Assembly (NCBI RefSeq): GCF_000143415.4
Contig: NW_003314291.1
Location: forward strand, 1,716,517-1,780,516
Length of the DNA stretch: 64,000 nt
Origin: Selaginella moellendorffii
Lineage: Eukaryota; Plantae; Lycopodiophyta
Direction: 5' to 3'
Position numbers and translations under genes: made by a program. Shown piece after piece: positions 49,901-62,482 of the stretch. Below the pieces are notes generated by a model. It was not told the origin of the DNA and ran no database searches. It saw nothing but the letters and a program-made list of their open reading frames with translations. How positions within the stretch are numbered: position 1 is the first letter of the stretch; every line of letters starts with the position of its first letter.

Positions 49901-51464
49901 GCGGGCCAACCTCAGAAGGCTCTGAGTATTCTTGCTGCTCATGGTCCAGCACTCAAGCTTATTGAGGTAAGTTAATGTGTTCCGCCCGTTCCTTAAAGGA
50001 GGCTGCTGAAAGATGCTCTTGATTTCAGGTTTCACGAAGGCTTAACAAGTCGGATATACAGGAACTTAAACAGTGTGCATCACTAATGCACAAACATGGG
50101 TTGTATACCCATGCTTTGGAGACATATACTAAGCTCTCTGATTTTCGGTGGGTGTTACACATTCTGTCTCTCTTTTAACTTACCTTGCAGGTCAGATCGA
50201 CTTTGCTGCTCCATATAGAGCTTGAGCAATGGGAGGAAGCATTTACAGTGAAGAAACTTCACCCCGAGCTTCAAGAAGATGTGAATCTACCATATGCACA
50301 ATGGCTAATCAGCAGAGACCGATTTGAGGACGCCCATTTGGTCTACAGACAAGCCGGGCGGCCTGATCTGTCAGAACGTCTGTTTGCTCAGCTCATTGAA
50401 AACGCTGTAAGTCCTTTTCTTCCCTCACATGTCACTTGTTGTCGACTGCGTCCAGGTGAAAGAAAAGAGGTTCAAAGATGCTGCACATAGTTCGTGGTTA
50501 CTGGGTATAGAAAAGCTGCAGGTCGATGGAAAATCTGAGGACGAAGACCATAGACGACTGCGGCTGTGTGCAGACATATATTATGCTTACTCCTATATAG
50601 ACCAGTCCATCAGCGAACCATTCAGAACAACCTTACCGGAGACGCTCATTGGCACTGCACGCTTCGTCCTTGCCCGAATTCCAAGGAACTCCATTGCAGG
50701 GGTTTCCGTCGCCAACATTTTGGTTACACTTGCCCGGCATGGGGAACAACTAGGTGGGCAATTCGTTTATTCACGCCCCTCTTATCGGTTGGTCTCGGGC
50801 AGGTGAACACGACGTTGCAAAGGAAGCATACGAGCATTTGCGGCGCTTGAGGGTGCCCTCAAGCTGGGCAGACAAGCTGGAGGCTGCCACTTTAGCTTCC
50901 AGAGCTCGCGCTTTTGTCAGGACCATCGGCCCTTCCGTTTGTTTCTTATGCTCTGGGACATCTCCCTTCGTCTCCTACTTTGAAACCGACTCGTGCGCCA
51001 AATGCCGTCAGCCCAAGTTCTGGTCTTTCTCGACTTTCCGGCAGCTTCCTGTGGTAAGGTTCGGAAAGTATGGAGTTTATTGAGGCGCGCATCGTTTTGT
51101 CACGTGCCAGGTTCAAGTCTTCCTAAAGGATGGCATCACACATCAACGGGCACTGGAACTGTTGCAGCGCTACAACGAGTCTGATGTGCATGGAACAAAC
51201 GTGGAGTACTTGGGCCTGCAGCACAACCTCCATACTGGACGAGTTTATATGGATGACAAAACGCTGTCTAAGCTGCAGGCCTCGCAGTTTTTCGCAGTCG
51301 TGCCAACTGGAGGTGCCACCATTCAAGCTCGCTACTTCATAAGTCTGGAACCTTCACTGTCACTATTTCAGTGCCCATCGTGCGAGCACTTTTTTGAGTT
51401 GGAAGAGTGGGACTTCACCGTCCTCAGGCATGGCTGCTGTGCGTTTTGCCGAAATGCTATGTAA
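46905..51464 (+). CDS. IFT122: Intraflagellar transport protein 122 (IFT-A), multi-exon
   Basis: DLAFRP|[63 protein letters not shown]-terminal CPSC..CAFCR. Confidence 0.95.
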
Positions 51465-51595
51465 AAAGGGAATATTCTAGAACCGCAAGGGCTTTCTTTT
51501 CTTTCCTTGTTCGTGCTTCCCGGGGGCCTCTAATTTCCTTCACTTGCGTAGGCCCTCATGACCGAAAAAAGCTTCTTGTTGTTGTGCGATGCGAC

Positions 51596-54500
51596 ATGGT
51601 CAAGCTTCAAGACATCATTCGGGATCAAGACTATATGATGTACATGGAGCGTGCAAACAGACTAGGTCTCGTTGATGAGGTTGCCAGTTTGGAGGAGGAG
51701 ATGATCTTGAAAAGGTGTCAGGTATCTGAATGGCTAGCTCAGGTAATCCAAACATGGGATGCGGACAGACCGGCACTAGAAAAGCGTATAGAAGATGCGA
51801 GGAAAATTGGATTGGATGAGGTCGCCATGAAAACGGAGGCTGCCATATCAGCAAGGGAGAATGTAGTCGCACGGAGCATAGAGGTAGCCATTGACAAAGA
51901 GTTACACAGCGCGTTTGAGCAGTGGCTACAAAATGCACAAAGAATGGGTATGGACGATCTTGTCAGGAAGTCTAGCGTTGCTTTCAAAGCGAGAATGAAA
52001 AGTATTGAGCTGCAACTTCTGCAAAAGGCAACATCTGGCACAAAAGAAGAGTTTATTGCTATGTCTGAAAGAGCTCATTCCCTAGGCTTAACTGCAGCAG
52101 TGAACCGTTCCAGAAGAATAGTATATAAAAGGGTTTCTGGGCTCTTCAGTGTTGCTGGACATGCTCAGCAAACAAATGCTGAACAGTGGAATTCGCTACA
52201 AGAACGAGCAGACGCCCTGGGCATCAGTCGCGAAGTATTGGATCATATAGCAGGACACTGCGATAAACGAAGTTTGGAGACGATAGATCATGATAGACCA
52301 GCTACAGTGACGCATGAGCCGGCTGTGGTTGAAGCTAATGTACCATTGTGGTCAATGATGCAGAATTGGACAGAAATAAATCAAGTAAGGAAGAGGTGGC
52401 AGAGAAGCATGGAAATTTCTGAACAGGCGCAAGTAGCCATAAATGCGTCTCCCATCAAAATGAGGGCCATGGATACACGGATTATTTCTGCAAGTCCAAG
52501 GCAGCAAGGCGTCGATTACGAGAGTGAGTGTGATGAAAAGCATGATTCTGAACCATTACGATCTGAGAGCAGCAAAGAAATGGACATGGACGCAATTTTG
52601 TGCATGCCTTTGATTCTTACCCGACACACCATCGAGCAAAAGCTGGGCTGTTCTCCAAATAACCTACAGTGGGTGACAAAACTGGACTTGAGCCATGAAG
52701 GTCTTACTTCCCTCGGAGATGGGGTGATATCTGAATGGTGTCCCAGGATAATAGCTCTTACTTGTGATATGAATCGTCTAACCACACTGAAGGATGCTTT
52801 TCTTGGGTGTGAGCAGCAGGTAGAGCATGTTTCGGCACGAAACAACTTCATATCGGATCTTTCGGGCTTGCAGAGCTTATGTAGTTTAGAAAGTCTTCAC
52901 CTCGATGGGAATAATCTTATTAGTCTTGGTCCTTGGTGCCAGAAGACTCAAGAGGTGACGGTTAATTATAATTACTGTGTGAAGCTCAAAGAGCTCACCC
53001 TGAGCTGCAACAGAATAGCCAAAATATCAAAGATGGGAGTCTTTTGTCCGTGTCTTCAAGTTTTAGACCTTGCATCAAACCACCTCGTCACCATGGGTAC
53101 AGCATTGACTGGGCTAAACCAGCTACGAGTACTAGATGTTGGACAGAACAGGCTCAAAGGCCCGAGTCTGTGGGACGCATTGAGAAACTGTCCTCTCCTT
53201 ATTTCGCTTGTAGCCTCAAGAAATCGGCTTACAGATCTCCCATCTTTTGCGGGAAGTGTCCTCTTGCGTGAACTGTGGCTTAACGGTAACGCTATTCGAA
53301 AGTTGTCTTCTGTGGCTTGGATGCCAAACTTACAAAGGTTATACCTTCAAGATAATTCGATTGACACGGTTGAGCCTCTATGGGGCTGCCCAGCACTGGA
53401 GGTACCTCTAATTCCTAGTGAACATAGACACCTTTGACCTCCAACTGTCTTGGCTGCAGGTGCTTGACTTGTCGTTCAATTCAATATCTGATTTGACTCA
53501 GTTGCGTCAACTTGCGTGCTTTATACATTTGCGGTCTTTGCAGCTGAATGACAATCCTGTTTCTGAGCACGTGGAGTATGTGGATACTGTTCTAAACGCT
53601 GTGCCTTGGTTGATCGAGCTTGACAATGAGGCAGTAGGAGAAAGCACTAAAAGCGAGGTCGTCAAAACGATTTTTCTAAACGTAATGCGTGTTATTGGGA
53701 TGCAATATCTTCATGAAAAAGCTGCACGAAATGAAATAATTTCCTCAGTATGCGAAAAGCCGGATGAGATTCAAATGGTGGTGATCAAGTGCACAACTCA
53801 GAATCAATCCTATCAGTGGTTCCAGCATCCGACTGCGATTTCTGGGCACAACCAGGATTTGGAGCATCATACTCTTCCCTTAGATACGTTCCGAAACGGC
53901 TCAGCTTGTTGGATTATCCTGCGGGCAGCAGTGCTCGAAGCTCTTCAGTACGACAGTATAAGATCTACCCTGGCAGCTTCGGGATTGGAACATGTTAATG
54001 AGAAAGGCCTCTGCTTATCCACCGACATGCGAGCAAAGCTGGACGTGCTATGTAGCTTACAGATGTGTTCGAAGCAGAGGGAAAAGCTTTTACTTGCAAG
54101 CAAGGATTTTTCAGCTGAAAGAGATGACTATGTCAATACAAGAAAAAATGACTTGGAAATTTGCTTGGAGGAACACGTCAGCTTTCAAAACACCTCGTGG
54201 GCAGCTTTGACAAGAAAGAATGAGGCTACTAATGCCATACAAGCTCTATGGAAAGGAAGGACAATGCAAAAAAAAATTGCGTTATTGAATCGCCATAAAA
54301 CAAAAGAATCCTTTATTAAGCTGCAGGCTCTTTGGAGAGGGTATTCATTTCGCAAAAAATTAAAAGGAGCAATTGCAAGCTCCAAGTACATCGACAACGA
54401 CACTTTTGACTACGGCCTTGTTGACGAAGAGCATTTCTTTGTTGATGATAACCAATTCGGGTGTTCAAAAGTAAGTCCATTCAATTTGTGCTGTCACTTT

Positions 54501-55151
54501 ACAAGGACATTTCCGATTGGTCAGGATATAATCGTTGGCTCAGCATCTTCTGGTCAATTGCAGGACGTAGATTGCTTACTCCGGTGTCTCCTTAATAGGA
54601 GCAATCGAACTGAATCTAAGGTAAGAATGCCATTGATTCTGTAGCATGACTTGCATGGTATCAGCTTGGCGACGAACCGGAGATAAAGAACGAACTGGCA
54701 CAGATAGCTGATGAATGGTGCGTAACTCTCCCGGTTGATACTTGTTTTCAACTTGTACAATGCACAGGGGATTTAAAAGCGCAACAACTATCAAACAGTT
54801 CATGAAAGCTTGTAGAAAGGTGAAAAGACCAGCTAAAATATTAAAATCATTCATACACGGTATGGCATTATTTTTCATCCTTTGGAAGATTACGTTTGCA
54901 ATGGTACAGATCCACAAAAACGATTACTGTTATCTAAAATCAATGCAGGAGTTTCAAGTGAAAGAAAAAGATTGCCAAGTAAGTGTTGGAGCTGCCATGA
55001 CTAAGTTTATGGTGTGTTTTTGGTAGATATAAAGAAAAAACTTCGCAAGTCTTCCCATGACAATGAGGATGTAATAAGTCGCTCACATCTCACGCGGCCG
55101 AAAGATGTTTTAAAGCCCAGTGTGTATTGCTTTGTCGACAAAATGGTTTGA
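51596..55151 (+). CDS. Leucine-rich-repeat and IQ-motif protein (LRRIQ1-like), multi-exon; 3' end uncertain
   Basis: About 12 SDS22-type LRRs with an LRR cap (LNDNPV..Y), two IQ motifs (IQALWKG, LQALWRGY), acidic DTFDYGLVD and an EW|GFK motif. Confidence 0.75.
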
Positions 55152-55284
55152 TGCGAATATTCTTCCGAAGTGCATATGGGGTTTTGAATCTCCCGCCATA
55201 TGACATGCCCTAATCCGGAGTCAGGGGTTTTGGAAAGGTAGCTTCATTTTGGCGGCGGTCTGACCTTGTTAGAGTTCATTCAAG

Positions 55285-56347
55285 ATGAATAACAATCTTT
55301 TGACGGAAAGGGCGATTAGAGATGTTTTTGAGGTGACGAGCTACATTACTTTTGGTAGCGAAGATGCACCACTGCAATATGGACTTAAGGCTCGTAAGTG
55401 TCATCACTATGTTTGAACGATCAACTTGTTGTCTATGATGCAGCACTCCGGTCTGCAATCACGGGCAAACATATGGTTACAAATCCGGCAAAGAAGGGAA
55501 AAACAGTAGATGTCTACTTTCAAAAAGAGCATCCGTGGGTGTCTGATGTAAGTCTGGAAGACGAACCGCATAAACACTATAATTATTTGTAACAGTTACC
55601 TGGAAATCTCAGGGAGACCCCTACAAAGACCGCATGGGATACCGAGAGCTTCAACCTGAGAAATATAAAGGCTTCTTATCTTCAGACTTTACAAAGAGGG
55701 ATGAGTTTAGCAATACAATGCGCACCAATCAATATCGGGAAATGCTTGAGGTGAACTGGACTTTTCTATTTCAATACAGCATATAATGACTCGCTTGATA
55801 ACAGGTTGATAATAAACACAGCAAAAAGACCTTGGCTGCAATGACAGAGCAGATTGCTGAACTGGCTGATGGAAAAGAAGAGAAGCGAGTTCCAACGCGG
55901 GTATAGAGTTTTTTTTTTTTTTTTTTTTGTTTTGTTTCTCCTTTCTATACTTTTGGTTGTGAAACAGTTTGAAGGGCCAAAGTATTTGTATGATATTGGA
56001 AACCCAGGCCTGGCAGTNNNNNNNNNNNNNNNNNNNNNNNNNNNNNNNNNNNNNNNNNNNNNNNNNNNNNNNNNNNNNNNNNNNNNNNNNNNNNNNNNNN
56101 NNNNNNNNNNNNNNNNNNNNNNNNNNNNNNNNNNNNNNNNNNNNNNNNNNNNNNNNNNNNNNNNNNNNNNNNNNNNCAGACAGCGTCTGATGAAATAGGC
56201 AGGCATGCTAACTCGTTTGGATATACAAAGCCACACTTTGCACACAAGCCAATTATAGAAGACACTTTTTATCGTCAGAAAAACATTTTTTTTCCTGCTA
56301 AGACTAGAACGAACTTTGTTCAACAAGCGAATCCTGTTGAAGACTAA
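55285..56347 (+). CDS. Putative flagellar-associated protein (CFAP96/UPF0602-like N-terminus) spanning the assembly gap
   Basis: Hand-spliced in-frame exons 55285-55393, 55444-55547, 55613-55750, 55805-55900, 55968-gap and gap-56347, all GT-AG and stop-free. Confidence 0.7.
56018..56176. other. Assembly gap (159 N)
   Basis: Run of N. Confidence 1.
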
Positions 56348-57399
56348 TTGTTTTTCAATGCGATTGTTTATATTGCAACCTAAGCCATATGCAAGCGTGT
56401 ACAGTATGAAAGTCCATGAATCCAAAGACGAATATAGTCACCAATAGTTAAGGGAATAAACCACATATTCTATATTGCAGCAGTAAACAACAATAGTAAA
56501 GTAGAAACTTGCTTCAAGCATTTTTACTGTTACCATCCCCGGCTACAGAACTATATCATTTTCTTAAATATAAAAGCAGGTCCTTATAAACTATAGACGA
56601 TCTTTTTGTTCTGTGGGTTTCTAAGAGGTTAAGAAAGGCACAGCATTCCGGGACAAAGATAAAAGAAAAGAAATGCAGAAAACGAAGAACTGCATAATAT
56701 TTACAACTGAAAATAACGTGAAACATAGTCCCCATAAACGTATATTATAGGCCTGCTCTAACATTGGCATATTGATCTACTATATTTTCAATCCTGCGCC
56801 CTAAAAGCGAAACCAGATTTTCTTAATTTGTATATTGCAGTTAATCTAAAGTGTTTTTTTTTTTTCTTTTATGAAAACCTGAGTCCAGGAACACGGATGG
56901 ATGGATTACATTTTTAATTTCATTATACTTTATTTCAATGCAACTCTATGAAGTAGCATACGAGGGAGATAAAATGTTAGCTTGCTGGCTCAGGCTCAAG
57001 CAGTACGAAAAGGCCATCATCTAGTGCAATGTTGTCCATTGCTCAAAAGATAGCTTAGAGTTTTTTCTCTTTTATGCTGTACAGTACCACAGCATAGCAT
57101 AAGGTGAGGTGTTTTTGGTTTAGATTCTGAAGTAATCCGGCATTTTTGGTGAATGCTTATTGTTGAGGTCTGCCAGTATTATGCGACTCATTTTCCAGTA
57201 GCAGTCCAAAGTTTTTATGAAACAAGCCGCAAATACCACTTCAGACCATGGCAGCAACTTGCCTCAGAGAATTCATTTTTAGGAGGTTCTTTAGAAAAAG
57301 CATATTTGAGCATTTACTGTATAATATTTAATGACCTTGTATTGCATAGTTTAAAGTGCGCTTTTGTTAAATACATGTAGCTTTTACATATTCAGGAGC

Positions 57400-60300
57400 T
57401 CATGGCGAAACTGGCTGTCTTTTGACCTTTTCTATGTCATTCTCTATTTCTCTAAGACTGCACAATAATCGAAGTTAGAATAGAAATAGAAAGACATCTC
57501 GAACACACCGTAACCGGAGCTCTAGTTGACGTTGCTTCACAATCAGGGGATTTGGTGCAGAACGTACTTCTTGGTCTGATCCTGCCCCTGGGGGTGGAAT
57601 CCAAAGAGGATTGTACACCTGTACTAAGCTACCAAAATCAGAATCTTATAATTATATGTTTGGAATCAGACCCTTGTTTCATCACAGGCCGTGTCATCTT
57701 CTGTTTCCTTCACATCTTTAAATTTTGCTCTGTTACGATTTCTTGATACTCTCCGTCCAAGGGCAAAGATTATACACAAGAAACTTAAGGACGCCAATCC
57801 AATCGAACCAACTGTAGCGCCGTATATCCGGGCCTCCTTCACTGAAAACGACAAAAACGTTTAATAAAAGATATATTTTAAATTTTGCTTACTGTAAGCC
57901 CACCAAGCACTTCTGGGAACCGCTATGAATATAATAATTAGTTTTTGCGCTATAAGTGGATGTAAGAAATCCGAAGGACAGGTTTCAGAGCAACCAAAGT
58001 TTCCCATGTCATTGACAATCAAAGTAAGCACTTCGCCATCCACAGTTCCCTGTGTAAGAGTACCAATTAACCTTAACATAAATAAGAGCATGATTAACTT
58101 ACATTGTAGGTTATGGTGGACAACGCGATGTTACATTCTGCCACTGTACCACGAAATCTCACTGCCTGGGCCTGGACACTAAAGAAGCCGTTTGAAATTA
58201 TAGCTGAAAGACAGGGCTCCCACATGTAGCTGTTCTCCAGTCTGTATTCCGCACTAGTTACAGAACTTTGGGGTAGCAAAATTGTAAGGGAACCAGAACT
58301 TGTCTCGAGCGTGATCTCCAAATTGTGTATTCTCCCATCCTCTGGCCAAAAAGTGCTGTTACAACTAACTGACGTCCAATGAGATATACCTCTAATATCA
58401 GAAGCATCGGGATCTCCCACAGAAATGCCTGCGATAGGATTTTTCACTTTGAATGCCACCGTATTGCCTGATAAGGGCTTCAGGCTACCATCATATTGTT
58501 TCAAAACATAGTCCGGTGCACTTATAAACGGCGGGTCATTGAAGGGAAGAACCTGAACTGGAATGCTGACAGTATCTCCAGTGTTGTTGCTATTCCTTAT
58601 TGACAACATCAGCGTATCGTTACCATTGTAATGACTATCACTGTATTAACGAAGGTTAGCTTTTGCAAATTAAGAAGGGATATGAACTAACCCAATATAA
58701 AGGAAGTTTTGAATTGCCTTGTTGATAGCGTCCGAATTGCCTAATAAAGTTATATTATAACCAAATGTTGTTTTATTTCCCATGTCATGCCACAACTGGG
58801 GCGCGTCCCCAGGAAGATACAAGTGTCCATGCTCGGCAAACACGTCCAATGTAAGAAGTTCTGTATTATTCGTGTAACTCAAATATAGTTCATTAAAATC
58901 GCTGTTAGCGAAATGCAATGAATATATGAACTAGAAATTTGTGACAGCGTACTCTGAAGTCGAAATGGACTGGCCTTCAATGCCTATCAATGCTTTGGGC
59001 CAAAATGTGAATTCTGGCGGCTCCGTACGAACAGAAACGAAAACAAGTCCATTTGCTGATTGGTTCGGGGAAGAAGGGCTTGTAACCGTTAAGACATATA
59101 TGAACATATCGTTCCCCTTGTATCCCTTTCTTGGAGTGTATCTGACTTTCCCGTTTTCAGCAACTACTGACCCAAATGATGGAGCCTACAAATTAAAAGC
59201 AGATTATTGATTGCTCTTCTAATTGTTACCTTGTAGAAGCCGGTCAACACCTTCTTCCCGCCATCAACAATGTCATTTGCCAATACATCAATTACTATGG
59301 ACACCTCATCCCATGTCCATATGGTGTCGTCTACAGCTTTTGGAAATGACGCCTCTGCAAGTCATTACTTTAAAAAATATTCAAAGGACATTCTAATGAT
59401 TTTACCTGAGATTACGTTCACCTTTACAGGGCTTCCTGGCAATGGAATGTTGTCATAAGTGACGGTGATTGTGTATTGACCAATATCAAATATTGTATAG
59501 GCAGTTGAGTATCCCTTCCCACTATCTGAAATACTTTGGGTCAAAGATCCACCACTACCATCGATCTTCCAGCGGATTTTATCTCGCTGTCCCTGAACAA
59601 AGTTTCCGAGGGAATCTAGTAAGTAGACAGAGACCTGTTGCATAGAATTTCTTGCAATTTTTGATTGTAAACCTTCTCCAGAAATTCTTGACTGGTTGAT
59701 CATTACTGGCCCTGCATTAGGGTATTAAAACGTGATGGATCCTGTGCGAATCACTTACCAGCTGCTATTGTCAGTTGTCGCTGACAGAGGACATAGTACA
59801 TCCAGGTAACGGTGATGTTATAAACGCCCGCTTTTGTAGTTGTGTAGCTGATGTGATAAAGGCCGTCCAAAGTGACGTCTGGAGTCGGATTTCCTAACAC
59901 GTAATAATCTCCAAGGCTCAAAGACGTTTTGACAGTCTTGCGGGATGAAATGTTTGCTTCAAATTCATATGCTGTGTCATCTGTGGAATCCAGCAACTGC
60001 AAATCAAATGATGCGGAACCACCGACACTGGCCCCTGTGTATCCGTCACCATAACAATTACCCTTGGCTGGATCCACAATACCTGTATAAAAGGACGACA
60101 ATGTTCATGATCACACGCCATTCATCTTACCGACAAAAGTTGTAAATTTAGCGGGAGATCCTTTCACACTAATGTTTCCAGCAAGTACTTGGAGTTGAAA
60201 GTTTCCTTCATGTGATGTAAATGAAACCAACACCTTTCCAAGTGTAGATGGATCCATAGCAGTCATATTCAGGTCGTCAAGAGGATAGGTGCTCGTATCT

Positions 60301-62482
60301 TCAAGTAATTGGAATCCAGCAGTTTGCTGAACTCTATAAAGTGTCACATCAAATAAGTATTCATCTGCAACTGGGTTGTTGTATAAATCACGTTTGTTAA
60401 TGATAAATTGGACAAGGCTGTCAATCTGAAAATCATTGACGCCATATTGCCATTCAAGAAAGCAGTTAGCCATTGAAATTGGACCTGCATAAGACTAATG
60501 AACAAAGGAAACTGATCAAAGGAAAAGTCTTGCCTGGTAAAACCGTAAATGCCAGCGGAGAGTTAAAAATGGACATCGTGCCACCGCCAACTTGTACTTG
60601 ATTGACTCCAGATTCAAAAACGTTAAATGTAATAAGAACATATCCAGATTCATAAACATCTTGTTTTACCAAAACATTTGTAATGGAACTAGCACCGCCT
60701 GACGAGTTTGTGACGTTTACAGAAAAGGGATAGAAGGCCCCGAGATTGCCTGTGGCTTCACTCACATTATTGTTGAACGCATCCATCAGAAGAATCCGCA
60801 GGGCAACTTGTTCTCCGGCAACAAAGCTGTCAACATCATGGAGCCACTCAGCTGTACAAAAGGGCACGTATACAGGACCTATACCATTCAAGGGCTCGCT
60901 TATTCTCTTGAATGATGGGCAAGGTGACTACCTGCTACGACTCCAAATGTCAATGGTGAATTTTGGATGGATTTAAAGCCGTCGCCAATTTCTAAAAGGT
61001 GATGCCCTGCTGCAATTGGGGTAAAGCTCATAACCATGTAGCCGGCTTGTAGTTGCGTTGAGTTGACGTCTGATATATACCTGCTAGCTCCAAGTTTTCC
61101 TTCCACACTTACAGTGAAATCATAACTTCCTATCCACACTGTGGAGCCAAATTCGTCGGCCAGTTTTACCATGACGTTTGCTTTCGTACCAGCCTGAAAA
61201 GTTGGTTCCGAAGTGAATTGGCCCACACATGCAGGAATATAAATCCTCCCTAAAAGGATGTGTAAGCCTCATGCTCCAGGATCGTACACATATACCTGGT
61301 GTCACATCATACTGCAATGGTGAGTTTACAACTTCGCCGGAGACAGTCCCAATTGAAAGAGTGAAATATCCTGATAGTTTGGCCACAAAATAAATAAATT
61401 CATACCCAGTTTGAAAGTCAGGTACTATGTTAAACTCTGGATCGGGAATAGCTCTAGTATCAGACTTGGTACCAATTATACGTAGATCAAATTTTACCAT
61501 TGAAGTTTTTCCATTTGCAAAATTCAAAGTATTGTTACGCACATCTTTCAGTAACACCCTTGCTGCAGCTAAAGAACCAGCCTTAAAGGAGTGACTGTCG
61601 TTCACCCATGAAGCAATGCAATTTTTAACAGAAGCATTCCCTACATTTGTTTTTCTTTCTTAGCATTTGGACAAGGTTAAAGGATTCTACCAACCTGCAA
61701 CGATTCCAAACTGAAATGGAGAGCCCACAATAATGTCACTTCCGACCCCAATGGTCATCGAGTATTGTCCGATAATTTGAGGAATAAAGGATATAACCTC
61801 CACCGTCCCGTCAAGTTTCATACCAATATCACTTATTGCGCTGGGTTGATTGACTGTCACGACAAAGTTCACCAGTCCATAAGCTGGCATGTTATCGGCA
61901 TCATAAAGCTTAACATTTAAGTAGGAAGTTTCCCCAACATCAAATATACTGCCATAGGGCCAATTCCCAACACAAGAACTTACGGCAGCATTTGCTTTAA
62001 GACGAAAAGATCCTTTGGTTAAGTAAGAAAGAGGCAGCACAAAACAAAACCAAATATATATATACCTGAGAGAACTGAAAATTCAAATGGCGAGCCTTTT
62101 ACGTGTGTGTTCTGGTGTTTACGAACATTTAAATAGTATGTGCCCGAAATCGTTGGAACGTTGAATGCAACAAATTGGTAATTTTCTTGAGATGTAATGT
62201 TTGAGTGAACCAGAGATGTACCATTTTTGCTAGTGACGCTTAGTTCCAAATCATATTTTTCATATATTTGCAGCATTGCTTTATCGTTCGGATTAAAAAC
62301 ATTTCTGTCTTTCTCCCAGCCAGAGGAGGCTATAATTTCCAAAAACGGGTGCTTTATTAGTAGTTTTCTTAGAGAGAGCATGCGACAAAACCTTTTTTAC
62401 AGTCGTCAAACAAACAGCTTGTGAGCTCAGGAGAGCTAAAAAGTTCAAAAAATACCAGAGTCAGCGCCAGAATGCATGCCAT
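57400..62482 (-). CDS. GEX2: GAMETE EXPRESSED 2-like sperm surface protein (signal peptide, filamin/Ig-like repeats, one TM helix), multi-exon
   Basis: Signal peptide MACILALTLVFF, repeats ending GSP(F/L)xFxVxxG, FNDPPFISAP, ISVGDPD, FRGTVAECN, LTLIVNDMGNFGC, then a TM helix and short tail. Confidence 0.88.

Noticed and set aside
51407-51595. Apparent overlap of the 676-aa ORF with the IFT122 end
   Set aside because: It starts at a non-ATG codon; the first in-frame ATG is at 51596.
55766-56425. ORF-track ORFs running through the N gap
   Set aside because: Inflated by Ns. The supported gene is the spliced plus-strand model 55285-56347.
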